Assembly: GCA_030704615.1 (NCBI GenBank) | Contig: CM060733.1 | Coordinates: forward strand, 38,750,001 to 38,814,000 | Source: Takakia lepidozioides | Lineage: Eukaryota; Plantae; Bryophyta | Direction: 5' to 3' | Length of the DNA stretch: 64,000 nt | Part shown: positions 1 through 12,991 of the stretch, in pieces | Layout: each line of letters begins with the position of its first letter | How positions within the stretch are numbered: position 1 is the first letter of the stretch | Notes under the pieces: generated by a model | What the model was told of the DNA's origin: nothing | Seen by the model: only the letters and a program-made list of their open reading frames with translations | The model's database searches: none | Translations under genes and position numbers: made by a program

Positions 1-191
1 AAGGCTGCTTGTGCATGTCATTCTCAGGCAATGGTTGCATTTGTTTTCATTGTTGTTGCATGGCTCTCCATACTTCCTAAGCTTGTTATGTTTTCATTTT
101 TGTTACACGATTGTTGCTATGGTGGTTGCGCTACTCGTTGCGATGTTGGTTTTTGCACCGATGTTGGTTTTCACGATTTTTGGGAATGACA

Positions 192-3100
192 GAGTGACGA
201 CGAGCCCGGCACGCTGGTGGTATCATCGACAGCTCCAACTCATCGCATGTTTGAATCGCCCAACTTGGGGCGAGAGGGCAAACTTAAACCTTTTGTTGGT
301 GGACGGGAGGACTTGCAACGAGAGTACGACAGAATAGGCATTGGGGAGGTTGGTGCAGGCGGCATGGCAGGTGAAGGGCGTGAGGACATGAGGACACCAG
401 ATCCGGCAATGGAGGTTGTTGATGCACATGCAGTAGGGCCCGCCCACGCAAAGAAAAAGAAGAAAGCTAAGCACATGCAATCCCCGGCGAGAGAGCCGTC
501 ACGGGCTGCGGAGGGGGGAGTGAGCAGTGCGCGCGAGGGTGTCAGTTCACCTCAATCAAAGGTGGTCGTCCATCCGGGCTCCCCTGCTGCTAGCCCTAGT
601 AAGAAACAGAAAGCCCGTGAGAGGGCAAAAGAGAGGGCAAAAGAACAGACGAGACAGAATGCTAGCCAGGAGGAAAGAGAAAAGGCCACTGAAGAGGCCA
701 AGGGTGCCCAAATGACAGATGCCAATGTAAGCGAGGGACGCACAGAGACGGTGGATCCCTCCAAGACACCACAGAGAGGCAGTAACACACCGGTTAGACC
801 ATCGCGGGCAAGAGCAGCCCCTGCAATTACCCATACGGTGGAGACTGGAGGAGAGGAAAGAACACCAGAAAGAGCACGGATTGTGCAAGTTCGAGGTGAA
901 GCCAGGGAGAGGGCAGTAGAGACGGGGAGAGTGCTGGAGGTGGTTTCGTAGGTGGCTGACCCTGTTGAGGAGGACGACAGGGAGCTTTTTGACCAGGATG
1001 ACATCCTCCCGGACATCCCCAGGCCCCAAACCCGGAGCATACAGGCTGGATTTGGCGGTCCTGGTGGGCTGCCGGAAAACCCCTCTGCAGCAGACGTCAT
1101 GTCCGAGGCGGATATGAAGTTGGCCGCTGCCAAGATGTTGGAGGCAACCCACAGCAACATTGGCAGGGTGCTGGGGGGCATGGTGTACCCGGCCAAGCTT
1201 CGAATTCCCCTTTGCCGCTTGGTGTCATTGCAGGTGGTGAGACCTGCCCTCCAAGCGATATCGACAAGCTGAAATTCTCTTTCCGGGATGGATATCGAAT
1301 GGGGTCTGCCGCGTTTTACGTTTCCATTGAGAACGACCACGGAGCTTCCCGTGCCCACACTTCCGATGAGGTGGACAAATGGGGTCCCCATTGGCAAACG
1401 TGAAATGAGGAGTTCGAGAGATCGATTGCTAGTGATCCTCTTTTCCAGCACTTGTCCGGTAAGATGTTCTACGTGTGGGACGGCAATCATCGCCTCCTGG
1501 CATGGATGGAGCACATTGCCCAAGCCCACCCCAACGACCTCGATTGGCATTTCGCCGTGGATTGTGTTGTGCTGAAGGTTGCGGGGCCCAAAGATCGCAG
1601 TCTTCTCAAAGCTGCAATGGCCGACATCAACTCGTAAGCTACAACGCCTCTCGCTTTTGGACTTTGAATTTGGAAGTCATTTCATTGCGAATCCTCATAT
1701 ATGATGAAAATTCCCATTTCAGTATTGTTTGATGGAAATGTGGCACTGCAGGGTGACTGAGAATGCCTTCATTGCCACCAACTTGTCCCATATGCTCTTT
1801 CGAGTGAAGGATGTCGGGAAGCAGGGGGTGCAAGAGTTTGCCAATTCCCTCAGTGCCGACCTCCTGCGCAAGTCGGAGGCAAAGGCAGATAGAACCTGGT
1901 ATAGGCTGAGCATCGACGCCATGGTGGACTACATATTTCGGGTAAAGCTCCTGACAGTTTTGTTGAGCTAATCTGTCTCTCCTCCCCAATAGAAGAAATT
2001 GTGTTGAGCAGGATCTCTAATCTTATGTGCGCATTCTTGACAGACGAATATACAGCAGGATTTGGCACATGCGTGGAGGTTCTACATGGAGTCAGAGGAG
2101 AAGAATCCAACCCTCCCGGAACTCGAATCGTATGTCAAAGCTGCGGAGGTGAGGGCCCGCATTAAGTACAAGTCGCGGATGGTAAAGTACGTGGCCATAG
2201 CTGATCCCGCCCTTGGTGCCGACTTTCTGGTGGAGGTGGGGAAGCACTACTCTTGCGCTCTAAAGCCCACGATGACATAAGAGAAGCTCCATCGTCTAGC
2301 CACATCCTGTGTGGATGCAACAGAAAAGGTGATACATTCTTAACCAAATTATGGTGGCAACAACTCCTTTTTGTGGTGTTTGGCGCTTACGAATATGCTG
2401 GGTGGTTGGACAGACCCGGTGGCTCCAAATCTGGAATGGTTCCCAAAGTACCAGGGACATGTGGAGCTTCCCCAAACCGGACAAATTCTCTGACCCCACA
2501 TTCGACATGTGGATGAACCGCATGACATGGTGGTTTTAGGTACTTCCCCACGCTTCGTTTGGGGCTTCTACTCTAGTAGGGGGTGGATTCATTGTATTTT
2601 TTCAGGAAAGCGATCTGATGGAGAATCTCCACAGGTGACGACGAATGCGCAAGAGCAGCTGGACACACAAGCACATCAGTTCAAGATGGAGATATCTCCT
2701 GCAGCAGAGAGCCTACGTGACTATGTGACGAGGTACTTTCTGCTCTACAAAACCAACCTATTCTTTCGGGAGATAGCAGATGCTCGCCGGAGCCACGAGT
2801 TCACCGACCAGCCGAACGCGAACAAAGCTGCAATGAGCCTTCTGTACAGGTACATACGCGCTGCCTTTCTTTCAAGTCCTTGCATTTCAGGATGTTAGAA
2901 GCCTCATGTGGTGTTAGAAAAAAAAATGGCGCCGAATTTCCAGTCAGGGCTCCGAAAATGGCTAAGTCCCTAGACTGGCTAGCCCTGAACTGGAAATTCG
3001 GCGCCATTTTCCAGTTGTAGGCCCTATTGCCGTTCAGGGACTTAGCCATTTTCGGGCTAAGTCCCTAGACTGGCTGGCCCTCAACTGGAAATTCGGCGCC

Positions 3101-6064
3101 ATTTTCCAGTTCCAGGCCCTATTGCCGTTCAGGGACTTACCCATTTTCGGGCTAAGTCCCTAGACTGGCTGGCCCTCAACTGGAAATTCGGCGCCATTTT
3201 CCAGTTCCAGGCCCTATTGCCGTTCAGGGACTTAGCCATTTTCGGGCTAAGTCCCTAGGGTGGCTGGCCCCGAAGTGGAAATTCGGCGCCATTTTCCAGT
3301 TCCAGGCCCTATTGCCGTTCAGGGACTTAGCCATTTTCGGGCTAAGTCCCTAGACTGGCTGGCCCTCAACTGGAAATTCGGCGCCATTTTCCAGTTCCAG
3401 GCCCTATTGCCGTTCAGGGACTTAGCCATTTTCGGGCTAAGTCCCTAGACTGGCTGGCCCTCAACTGGGAATTCGGCGCCATTTTCCAGTTCCAGGCCCT
3501 ATTGCCGTTCAGGGACTTAGCCATTTTCGGGCTAAGTCCCTAGACTGGCTGGCCCTCAACTGGGAATTCGGCGCCATTTTCCAGTTCCAGGCCCTATTGC
3601 CGTTCAGGGACTTAGCCATTTTCGGGCTAAGTCCCTAGACTGGCTGGCCCTCAACTGGAAATTCGGCGCCATTTTCCAGTTCCAGGCCCTATTGCCGTTC
3701 AGGGACTTAGCCATTTTCGGGCTAAGTCCCTAGGGTGGCTGGCCCCGAAGTGGAAATTCGGCGCCATTGTCCAGTTGTAGGCCCTATTGCCGTTCAGGGA
3801 CTTAGCCATTTTCGGGCTAAGTCCCTAGACTGGCTGGCCCTCAACTGGAAATTCGGCGCCATTTTCCAGTTCCAGGCCCTATTGCCGTTCAGGGACTTAG
3901 CCATTTTCGGGCTAAGTCCCTAGACTGGCTGGCCCTCAACTGGAAATTCGGCGCCATTTTCCAGTTCCAGGCCCTATTGCCGTTCAGGGACTTAGCCATT
4001 TTCGGGCTAAGTCCCTAGACTGGCTGGCCCTCAACTGGAAATTCGGCGCCATTTTCCAGTTCCAGGCCCTATTGCCGTTCAGGGACTTAGCCATTTTCGG
4101 GCTAAGTCCCTAGGGTGGCTGGCCCCGAAGTGGAAATTCGGCGCCATTTTCCAGTTCCAGGCCCTATTGCCGTTCAGGGACTTAGCCATTTTCGGGCTAA
4201 GTCCCTAGACTGGCTGGCCCTCAACTGGAAATTCGGCGCCATTTTCCAGTTCCAGGCCCTATTGCCGTTCAGGGACTTAGCCATTTTCGGGCTAAGTCCC
4301 TAGACTGGCTGGCCCTCAACTGGGAATTCGGCGCCATTTTCCAGTTCCAGGCCCTATTGCCGTTCAGGGACTTAGCCATTTTCGGGCTAAGTCCCTAGAC
4401 TGGCTGGCCCTCAACTGGAAATTCGGCGCCATTTTCCAGTTCCAGGCCCTATTGCCGTTCAGGGACTTAGCCATTTTCGGGCTAAGTCCCTAGGGTGGCT
4501 GGCCCCGAAGTGGAAATTCGGCGCCATTGTCCAGTTGTAGGCCCTATTGCCGTTTAGGGACTTAGCCATTTTCGGGCTAAGTCCCTAGAGTGGCTGGCCC
4601 TGAACTGGAAATTCGGCGCCATTTTTCAGTTCCAGGCCCTATTGCTGTTCAGGGACTTAGCCATTTTCGGGCTAAGTCCCTAGGGTGGCTGGCCCTGAAC
4701 TGGGAATTCGGCGCCATTTTCCAGTTCCAGGCCCTATTGCCGTTCAGGGACGACGACGACTTTGTTCAAGGTCCTGCAACTGCTGTTGCTCCTACCCAGT
4801 CACCGGTCATCCGGGTTCCCAAGTCAGTTCGGAGTGGGACTAGCTCTGCCAAGAAGTTGGCATTTGAGGGCGAGCCTACACGGCGGTATTCGGCGGTGAC
4901 ATTTACGCACAGGCCAAAGCTAGAACCTCCAACCATCATCCAATGCATCAATGAGAGCTTCCTTGACGCTCTCGCTGCCAGGGCGAAGAAGGTGGCACAC
5001 AGCAAGTCTCTGGCGGAGCAGAAGGGGAAAGCCAAGAAGAGGGCTGCCGGTACAAAGCCTAAAGACACCCCTGGTTTTGAAGCCATGATGGAATTCTTCA
5101 CGGCTGTGAGCACGAATTGCAAGAGCACTCGGGGGGGGGGGTTGAGGTGGAGAGAGCTTGCGACATGATTCTCCTCGACATTCCAGATGGGGAGCTGCTG
5201 GAGGGCCTGGATGGTGTGCCCACCTGGAACAAGTTTACTGAGGACTACTGGAAAGCCGGGTTTGGGCTGGCGGGGATGCTTCTGGATGTGTGGTTGTCCT
5301 TGCCACGAGAGGGAAGACCACAGAGAATGCGGTGGCAAGGTGGACACCGAAAAGTGTCACCCCGGTCCTCCTCAGAAAATGGTTCTGCATCAGTACACAG
5401 GGGTTGCGAACAGAGGGCCAAAGTGTAAGTTATCAATCTATTGCATTCACTTCATATTGTGGTGTATGTTAAGTAGACCCTGGAGTTGATCCCTTCTTTG
5501 TTGGATGTGCAGACATTGGTGTTTGAGGCATATTGCTTTGTGAAGAGAGGGTCTACGTTCAAATTCCGCAATGACGGTCGTCTTGTTGATGCCGCTGTGG
5601 ACCCTGTAACCTACGATGTCCTCTACAACTATGTGCCCCACTCCAGTATGCCGAAGGACACAAAGACAGGCAAACCGTGGTGGTACAGCCGGACCCAGAG
5701 CCCTGCTTTCATCCAAACCCTCATGGAGACGTGCTCGGATGTCCAAGGGCGGATTCTGGACCTCACATGCGGCACGGGTAAGCCTTCACGTGCTCAGTTT
5801 GTCCCCTGGCCCGATTGCAATTGCATGCCGCAAGCTATTAACCGCCCGCTTTGTTCCTCAGGTGCTTCAATGTGGGCAGGGACGTTGTCCGACAGGCATG
5901 TGTTCGCCTTCGAGCCAGATACTGCCCTCCACAACTCGGAACTTGCAGCGGCTGAACGTCTGCCGAAAGAGGAAGAGGCATCCTCGGAGGATGAGGAAAA
6001 ATCCGAGAAGGAGCAGGGGGAGGAAGTTGGGATCGAGGCCGAGGAGCCCCCGGTTTACGAGTGA
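192..6064 (+). pseudogene. ParB-like / beta-class DNA methyltransferase-like fusion gene, copy 1 (decayed, 5' end outside window)
   Basis: Collinear with copy 3: KLRIPLCRLVSL, MFYVWDGNHRLLAW, IADPALG, DMILLDIPDG, SPAFIQTLMETC, ILDLTCGTG, RHVFAFEPD. GT-AG introns at the same positions. In-frame stops (~948, ~1400, ~2278, ~2537), frameshifts, and part of one exon replaced by a 95-bp tandem array. Confidence 0.85.
2960..4751. repeat. 95-bp tandem repeat, ~19 near-identical units, each a nested hairpin centred on AAATTCGGCGCCATTTT
   Basis: Unit ggctaagtccctagactggctggccctcaactggaaattcggcgccattttccagttccaggccctattgccgttcagggacttagccattttcg. Outer arms ggctaagtccct/agggacttagcc, inner arms aactggaaa/tttccagtt. 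Confidence 0.97.
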
Positions 6065-6859
6065 GTGGTGGCATTGTAAGTTGCCTCCAGATTTCGTGAG
6101 GCACCTCCCTCCGCTCTCTTATTTCATTGAAAACCCTTTCTGGTTGTGCTGGTATTGACATTCTTGAAGTGGATTTGTTCTTACTGTAGGATGCCAAGTA
6201 CTGCCGGAGGGATGTCTACACCGGAGTTCATGGGCAGGAGGAACGTGCCTTTTTTGCCAAGGGGGATTTCATGCCTAGTCCAGAAAGGGAGTACATCCTT
6301 CCTACTTATGCTGCCCGGCTTGCTTCGGTGTCCATTAGGAGGTGTTCCGAACGTAGTCGTGTACAACAGATTTTAGACGAGGCAAGCCTCAAGAAAATGA
6401 AGATGAGGGAGGAGGCAACAGCTATTAGAGCCCGTCGGGCTCGTAGATTTGTCTTGGATCCAGTGGGGGAGAAGACGCAGAAGATTCCCAGGAGGTGAGG
6501 TGGACAGTCCCCCAAGGAGAGGACGGGATTTTTGAGAGGCATAGTGGAACTGATGCATCACAGAGCTCGGAGGATGAGGGGGATGAGGGGGATGAGGAAG
6601 AAGGTGGGGCAAGTTCCTCGGAGGGTGTAGGAGAGTAGTGCCCATTCCGGCTATGACAGTTAGAACACACTTGTATAGACGTGGCTTGCCACAAAATTTG
6701 CAATAAAATATTGCATTTCAAGTCCACTGGTGCCACATTCCAACTTCACATGACCCTATTTCCATGCCTCCTAACCCTATTTCCGTGGACTCACAATGGT
6801 CTGCTCATGCTTTTTTTTTTTCCGCTCATGCTCATGCCGCTCATGAAATAGCAGCCCCC

Positions 6860-9437
6860 TTGCTGATCCAACCCTTGGAGAGGGGTTTCTCCAAGAACTT
6901 AAACTGCATTGGTCACGTGTAAAGGCGGGATCAGAGGAAATGACCCAAGAGAAAATGGTGAACATTGCTACGGCCCGGGTGGATCCTGAAGAAAAGATGG
7001 AATGGCTACATATATGGAATGAAGACCAAACACTTCACGACCGTAATTTTTTTCCACCCGGGCCTATCAGTGGGCCAACACTTGATCCTTGGCTGAATAG
7101 AAGGACTTTTTGGTGGCAGGTACATATACAATCACTATCTTCTCAATGCAATTAATTCATTTTGTTGATGACACATTAACATAGTTATTTAACTGACTGT
7201 ATTTTCTGGCAGCTTCGCAAGGTTGCCTTGGCTCAGTTTGCCTTGTACACCACTCAGCTTGGCCAATTTCATGTTGCCTTGGAGGAAGGAGAGAGTGAGA
7301 GTCTAGGAGACTACATGGATACATGGAAGATGACTCATTTCAATGAGTTGTTTCATAGAGAGTTCTCATTGCCAAAGGGGCCATTCAGAGGCAATGATTG
7401 GGAACAACAAACAGGTGGGGAAAAGGTGGTGAGACGGATTTTATTCAGGTACCATCTTTCCATTGCATTGTACATGGATAGTGTATACACCTTGTAAGTC
7501 AAAAATGTCTATGCTTCAAGTATTTTTCTAGTACATTGGGATATACATGTTTCTTAATGTGCTTGTTCAATTGTTGAACAGGTTGCATAAATATTTGTCT
7601 CCACAATAACTTTGAATGTGTTTGTATTTTAGGTACATGAGATTTGGGCTTGTACCGAGTGATCAACTTAAGGCTGAGCCCAAGTTTCTAATGGCCTGGA
7701 AGTTTGGTGCTCAACAAGCTTCCATGTACACACCTGCAATTGAGGAAGATTGGGGTGTGGAACACCGGGAAGGGGGGGGTTGGTATTTGGATATGCCCAA
7801 TGGTACTATCCCCTATGCAGAAATGGGACTTCATAAGGAATGTGTTCGCAGGCAGTCAGTGAGTGATGAAGGGGGTATCTCCACTGAAGTCCCTGTTCTT
7901 GATCTGGAGCATGCAGAACAGATTGCTACACAGGCCGCTGACGCTGTAGCCCAAGTGGTCCCTGCCGTTGTGGGTGTACCAAAACGCAAATCACGAAAAA
8001 GAAAAGGTGAGGATGTCAATGCAGGTGTGGCCCCCAATGCAGGTGTGGCTTCTATTGCTGGTCCTATTGGTAGTTCTTCACATCCTTCAAATCAGTTGGT
8101 TGTAGTGCCTGCACCTACTACTCGAGGAAACAAGCCAAAGGCAGGCGAACATCCTTACAGTGCAGCGTCATTTTCTGGTGGTGCACCTAGCATGTATCGC
8201 ATGAAGATCATGCCTACTCATTTCATTGATATGGTGGAGGCCTCAAGTACATCTCCTGATGCGACCTTGAAAGAGCTCATGGAGTTCTTAAAAAATGTGA
8301 GTTTCCCCCAACAAACAAACTTGAATGTAAGGAATTCTTCGATGTTTTTATATCCTCATCATCCGGCTATTGACTCCTACATTTTCTGTATGTTGTTTGC
8401 AGTTGCCAGGAACTTGGTCTAGTGTTGTGGATGGAAAAAGCGTGCATGTGGCTGTGGACATGATCATCGTGGACTGCCCAACATGAATGCCTGTACAGGG
8501 CTGTTTGGATGGTGTACAGGTTCCTCCCTAGAATGCTTTTGATAGACAGTATTGGGAGTATGCATTCTCCATTGCTAATGACCTGTTGGATGACAATGGA
8601 TGCTTGGTGTTCTTGCAGGGCTCCGATGATTCCTTTGCATTGGAGCTCTTTTCTTACTCCAGGGGCAGCTCTATTTCCGTATTATCAAGGAAATATACTT
8701 GCATCAATACCACCCCTCTACACACTCAGACAGGAAAGGTAAAAATCATCCCTCTTCAATATCTCATTGTTTGATGTTTCATCTTCCTACTCTCATACAT
8801 ATTATTAAACCATCTGGGTGCACTGTTTTTGTGGAAATGACACGTCTAACAGACCATGTTCTTCCACGCCCATGTCCTCACCAATCAAGGAGGACTATTC
8901 AAATTGCGTGAGTCTGGCAAAGTTGTGGACCCCCTTGCAGACCCCGTTGAGTTGGATGCCATCTACAACCACATTCCAGATGTTGCACTACCCATGCAAA
9001 CTCCTCAACAAGCCTGGAGGGGTGCGTGAGACCGTAGTCCCGCCTTCATGCAAGTGTTGTTGGAGACGTGCTCACCTCCTGGCTCCCGCATTTTGGATCT
9101 CACAGCTGGCACAGGTTTGCATTGGTCTCCATTTTGTAATTAAAATCTTCTGAGCTGATTCATGATCATTAACTGTTATCCGATATAATATCATCATTGC
9201 ATGTTTTTTTCCTGCAGGTTCTACATTTATTGCTGCCCGCGAGTCTGGACGTCACGTATTTGGTCTTGAGGGGGACCAGACGTTGTATGCAGCACGTCTC
9301 TCTGCACTTCAAAATACTCAACCCGTTTTGGTTTCATCTGTGGTAACTCCAACCATTCAACGTCCTGTGAGTTTGTTGGAACCCCCCGCTCCTAAGGTGG
9401 CGCGCAAGCTTGGTCTTCATCTCGGCAGTACTTCCTA
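6860..9437 (+). pseudogene. ParB-MTase gene copy 2, 3' part (interrupted by element 1)
   Basis: (I)ADPTLGEGFL..EMTQEKM..WLHIWN, RILFR|YMRF, GWYLDMP, VDMIIVDCPT, SPAFMQVLLETC, ILDLTAGTG|STFIAARESGRHVFGLEGD. Contains internal stops. Confidence 0.8.
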
Positions 9438-11106
9438 GTGAGTATGTCTCGCCTCCATTCCCTTTGTTGCAATCTCAAAGCAAACCATTCCCATTTGATT
9501 TGTTAACATAAGTATACATGTATGTGTGATGCAGTGATGGATTGTGCGGACCATCTACGATAGTCTACCCCAAAGTCCTCTTTCATCGTTTTATCTACCT
9601 TCGTATGCCGAGTCCCAAGCTTTGCATTCAATACATCAACAAAGTGATGTAGGTCTTTCCAATGATCTGTTGTTTGACCGAAGAGCAGCTATTGTTGGAC
9701 AATCCGTGGATAGGTTGCGTAGAGTTGAGGCTTTCATGGATGTGTATGCCTCTGAATCACAGGCTTATGACATGGATGATGAAGTATCTGCTGATGATGT
9801 TATGTAGGTAATTATAAATTACATATACAATACATTGTCCTCATTGTCAGTCCGAATTTTTTGTTATTTTTTATGATACATGTATTTCTCTCTAGTGTAA
9901 GGTAAAACAAATGGGGCAAATGACATGGTGTTGAAATCAGATTTCATGTTATCTTCCTGTCATTTGATTTATCTATGTAATAGTTTGTACATAGATCTCT
10001 ACTGCATTTTCATAGATCCCTTTACCTTAATGCAAGTTTGACATGCACTTCAGCACTATCAAATTTTATCATTAGTAAGATCAACCCTTATGAGTATTGT
10101 GGCATGTTATGTACACACAGGGTGACTATCTTTATCTCATTAGTGTTTCATTTCATTAGTGTTTCAAGTCTGAATGGGTAGTGTAGTGGTATGAACTAGG
10201 CTTGATACCCGATAGGTTGTGGGTTCTATCTCTGATGGACATTATATTTTTGTAAAATAAAAATGTTTCAGAAGATAGATATATAGATACTGCAAAACCT
10301 ATGTAACAAGCTCCCTAGCATTGTCAAGCTCCCTAGCATTCCCTTAGCATTGCTCCATTCTGAACTTCAAACTAGACTCCCACCATTGGAAGAGCCCGTA
10401 CCTTCACCATTTGTATCTAACAAGGAGCCGTGCCTCGTCACTTTTTAATTTTTCGACCTTTTTTCTCATGTTGGAAAGCCATAAAAGCAACATGTTCCTC
10501 TCCCATTCCTACACTCACCCATGTGGAATAATAATACAATGAATATGGAATATTCTATATAGAATATTTTTATTCCATCCTTTGATATTTTGACTATGGA
10601 CCCTAAGATTAGATGAATCACAAATTTTATTTTATTTTTGGGTACCCTTATTTAAGTGTTGTGCATATAAAATTGTTCCTATGGATATCTAAAATTTGTA
10701 TGCACGCATACATTCCTCCATATGCATGCATTGTGTGCGCATATAGTATAGGCTATCTTCATGATATGACTGACCTGGAATCCCACCCTCCCACCCTGTT
10801 TTTTCAAAGATCCTGAAATATAATGGGGTATTCAAATGTGCGAGGGTTGCCTGCACAGCAGGAATTGGAGGAGGTAGTGGGGACTGATACCCCAGGGCTA
10901 TGAGGTCCTCATTCCAGCTAGGACCTCCTTTGGTGACTTTCTGTCAAGGCCCCCCGAGAACGTTTGTCAATATATCAAAATGAGAAGGTGAAAAGGAGAA
11001 GGGTAAGGATAGATGGTGTGTACAAAAACCACTAAGTACACTGATCAGATAAAGAGAGGGAAGATATACATGTCATGTCAAGACATGGACAAGACCACTA
11101 AGGTCA

Positions 11107-11687
11107 TTGTCATTGAAAGACAAAACAGCCCTTTACAGGGCACCATCTAACATAACCACACCAAGTGACTTCCATGTTGCATTGCAAAAGATGGATACTG
11201 AGGCCTTGGAAAATTCAGGTGATGAAAACCCCGTGTTATTACTTGAAACCTTGGCTTTGGAAAATTGGGTTGCACTTGGCATCATGGCAAATAAGAATGG
11301 CAGGTACCTGGAGAAGCTCCAGGAATTCAATACTAAAATGATTGAGGTACTGGAAAATGATGCCGAGGAGCTGATACAATGGGAAAAGAAGGGATCAGCC
11401 ATTGAGGCAGCTCTTAGAATGGCGAACCCAGAAGATGACCAGACTGTCTCCACGCAGAAATCTGCAAACACATCTGAAAAAGACTTCATCCCTTCTGTAA
11501 GTAATCACCCAATCCTTGGGCACATGATTTTACCGGATGAAGAAAAAGAGGCAGTGAGAGAATTCTTTGAACAAGTAGAAATCTCACAAGTGGAACAAGA
11601 AAGGGCAGCAGGTGCCACTCCTGGAAATCTGCAGTTTGTCCCTTGGTTGCCTCCCCGTGCAGTTGAATTAGAGGTTGCCAATAACGA
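11107..11687 (+). pseudogene. 5' part of retroelement ORF, cut by element 3
   Basis: Removing 11688-25306 rejoins ...ELEVANN-D-H-MMWHPH... in frame with ORF 25311-25754. Confidence 0.8.
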
Positions 11688-11754
11688 GAGGTTTACTATT
11701 TCATGAGCGCATGAGCCCATGAGCCTATGAGCCTATGAGCTCATGAGCGGGCAT
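11688..11754 (+). repeat. Left TIR with tandem (C/T)ATGAGC repeats
   Basis: tcatgagcgcatgagcccatgagcctatgagcctatgagctcatgagcgggcat; inverse match to atgcccgctcatgagctcat at 25263-25282. Confidence 0.9.
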
Positions 11755-11850
11755 CCGCGGAATTGGAATTTTCCTGCCTTTATTGACGGTGTTATGTCCT
11801 CTTACCTCGGTAATAGGGTCTGTTTCTCCTGGTCCAGGATGTGGAATGAG

Positions 11851-12132
11851 GAATTTCGGCGCCGTTATTCCCAAGAGCAGTGTGCTAAATGGTGTTTTGA
11901 AGACATCCACCGGGGTATTTCGGCACCGAAATTACCTCTTAAAATGTGATATAGTGGGGTATTTAAAGGCGCAGAACGGGCAATTTCGGCGCCGAAATAC
12001 CCAAGTGGAATGTGGTGAAGTGCCTTGTGCTGAAGGCTTCCATCGCAATATTTTGGTGCAGTAATTCATCCGTGGAATTTTTGAGGCCCATATAACGAAG
12101 GCGCAAACTGGGCTATTTCGGCGCCAAATTTC
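11851..12132. repeat. Left subterminal array of TTTCGGCGCC palindrome variants
   Basis: Copies at ~11851, 11915, 11981 and 12113 (steps of ~65 bp or twice that). Confidence 0.8.
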
Positions 12133-12991
12133 CCAATAGGAATGTTAGAAACGGCAGGGTTTTCATGGCTTCAAGTTCCCGGCTCGATGGTGTGCATAAA
12201 TTACTTGTAGGGTTCTTCACTGAAGTTTGCGTCTCTTCTGCTTTTATTATAGATTTTGGTTGGCGGAAGAAATGTAGGGAATGGACAAGCAGTCTGAACA
12301 CAATGATTTTTCAAATCGTCAATATTTTCATTAAGTGTTTCAGAACTGTACAACAAAAGGATCCAAATGAGACTTTGCTATGGTGAGGATCCGCTATCAC
12401 TGTCCGATGCATCCCCGCCCTCATGCAAGGATGGCTGCCTTCCACCTGCCTCCGAACCTGCACTGCCGCTACCGCTGTTATTCTGAGAAGCCCTCCCCTC
12501 AAAAATACCATCCTCACCAGCCGGAACTGTCCACCTGGGTGCGGAAGTGTCCTCAACATTCCCCTCGCTCTCGGACGCGGATTCTATTACGAACTTCCCT
12601 ACTCTGCCTTTCACAATTCTATGTTTGGCCTCACGCCTCATTATAATTCTCTGCTCATTCCCGTATGTCAATTGCTCTAACCAAGTAGGCCTATCCTCCC
12701 TCCTGATGGCTTCTTTGGCAGCCGTGTCTGCATAGGCTGGTAGAAAAAAGGGCTTCTGGGGACTCGCGAGAAACGATTTTCTGGCAAAGAATGGCCGATG
12801 CGATTCTGTCTCCTCCTCTGCAACAGGGTCCGATTCGAGCAAGTCTCCCAGCTTCTCCTCGTCGGACGACTCTGCAAGGCTGAGTGTACGCACAAACATA
12901 GAATGAAGTACATTAGAGAATTCAAACAGGGAATCATCGGCAGGTTGCATGGTCCCTACAACCGAAACCAATACACTTACTATGGTGCAAC

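Larger units (their letters stand above)
1..6859. mobile_element. Mutator-like element 1 (one arm only), ends in TIR ...gctcatgccgctcatgaaatagcagccccc
   Basis: End matches the reverse complement of element 3's left TIR (gctcatgcgctcatgaaatagtaaacctc) and lies downstream of the ParB-MTase gene, as in element 3. It interrupts copy 2 at the conserved IADP codons. Predicted TSD ttgctgatc (6860-6868). Confidence 0.8.

Noticed and set aside
3260-4750. Repeated 62-aa ORFs MAGPEVEIRRHF...
   Set aside because: By-products of the 95-bp tandem array.
10290-10660. Terminus of element 2 (gctccctagcatt repeats; aatattctatatagaatatt palindrome)
   Set aside because: No match to the TIR of elements 1 and 3 and no testable TSD.
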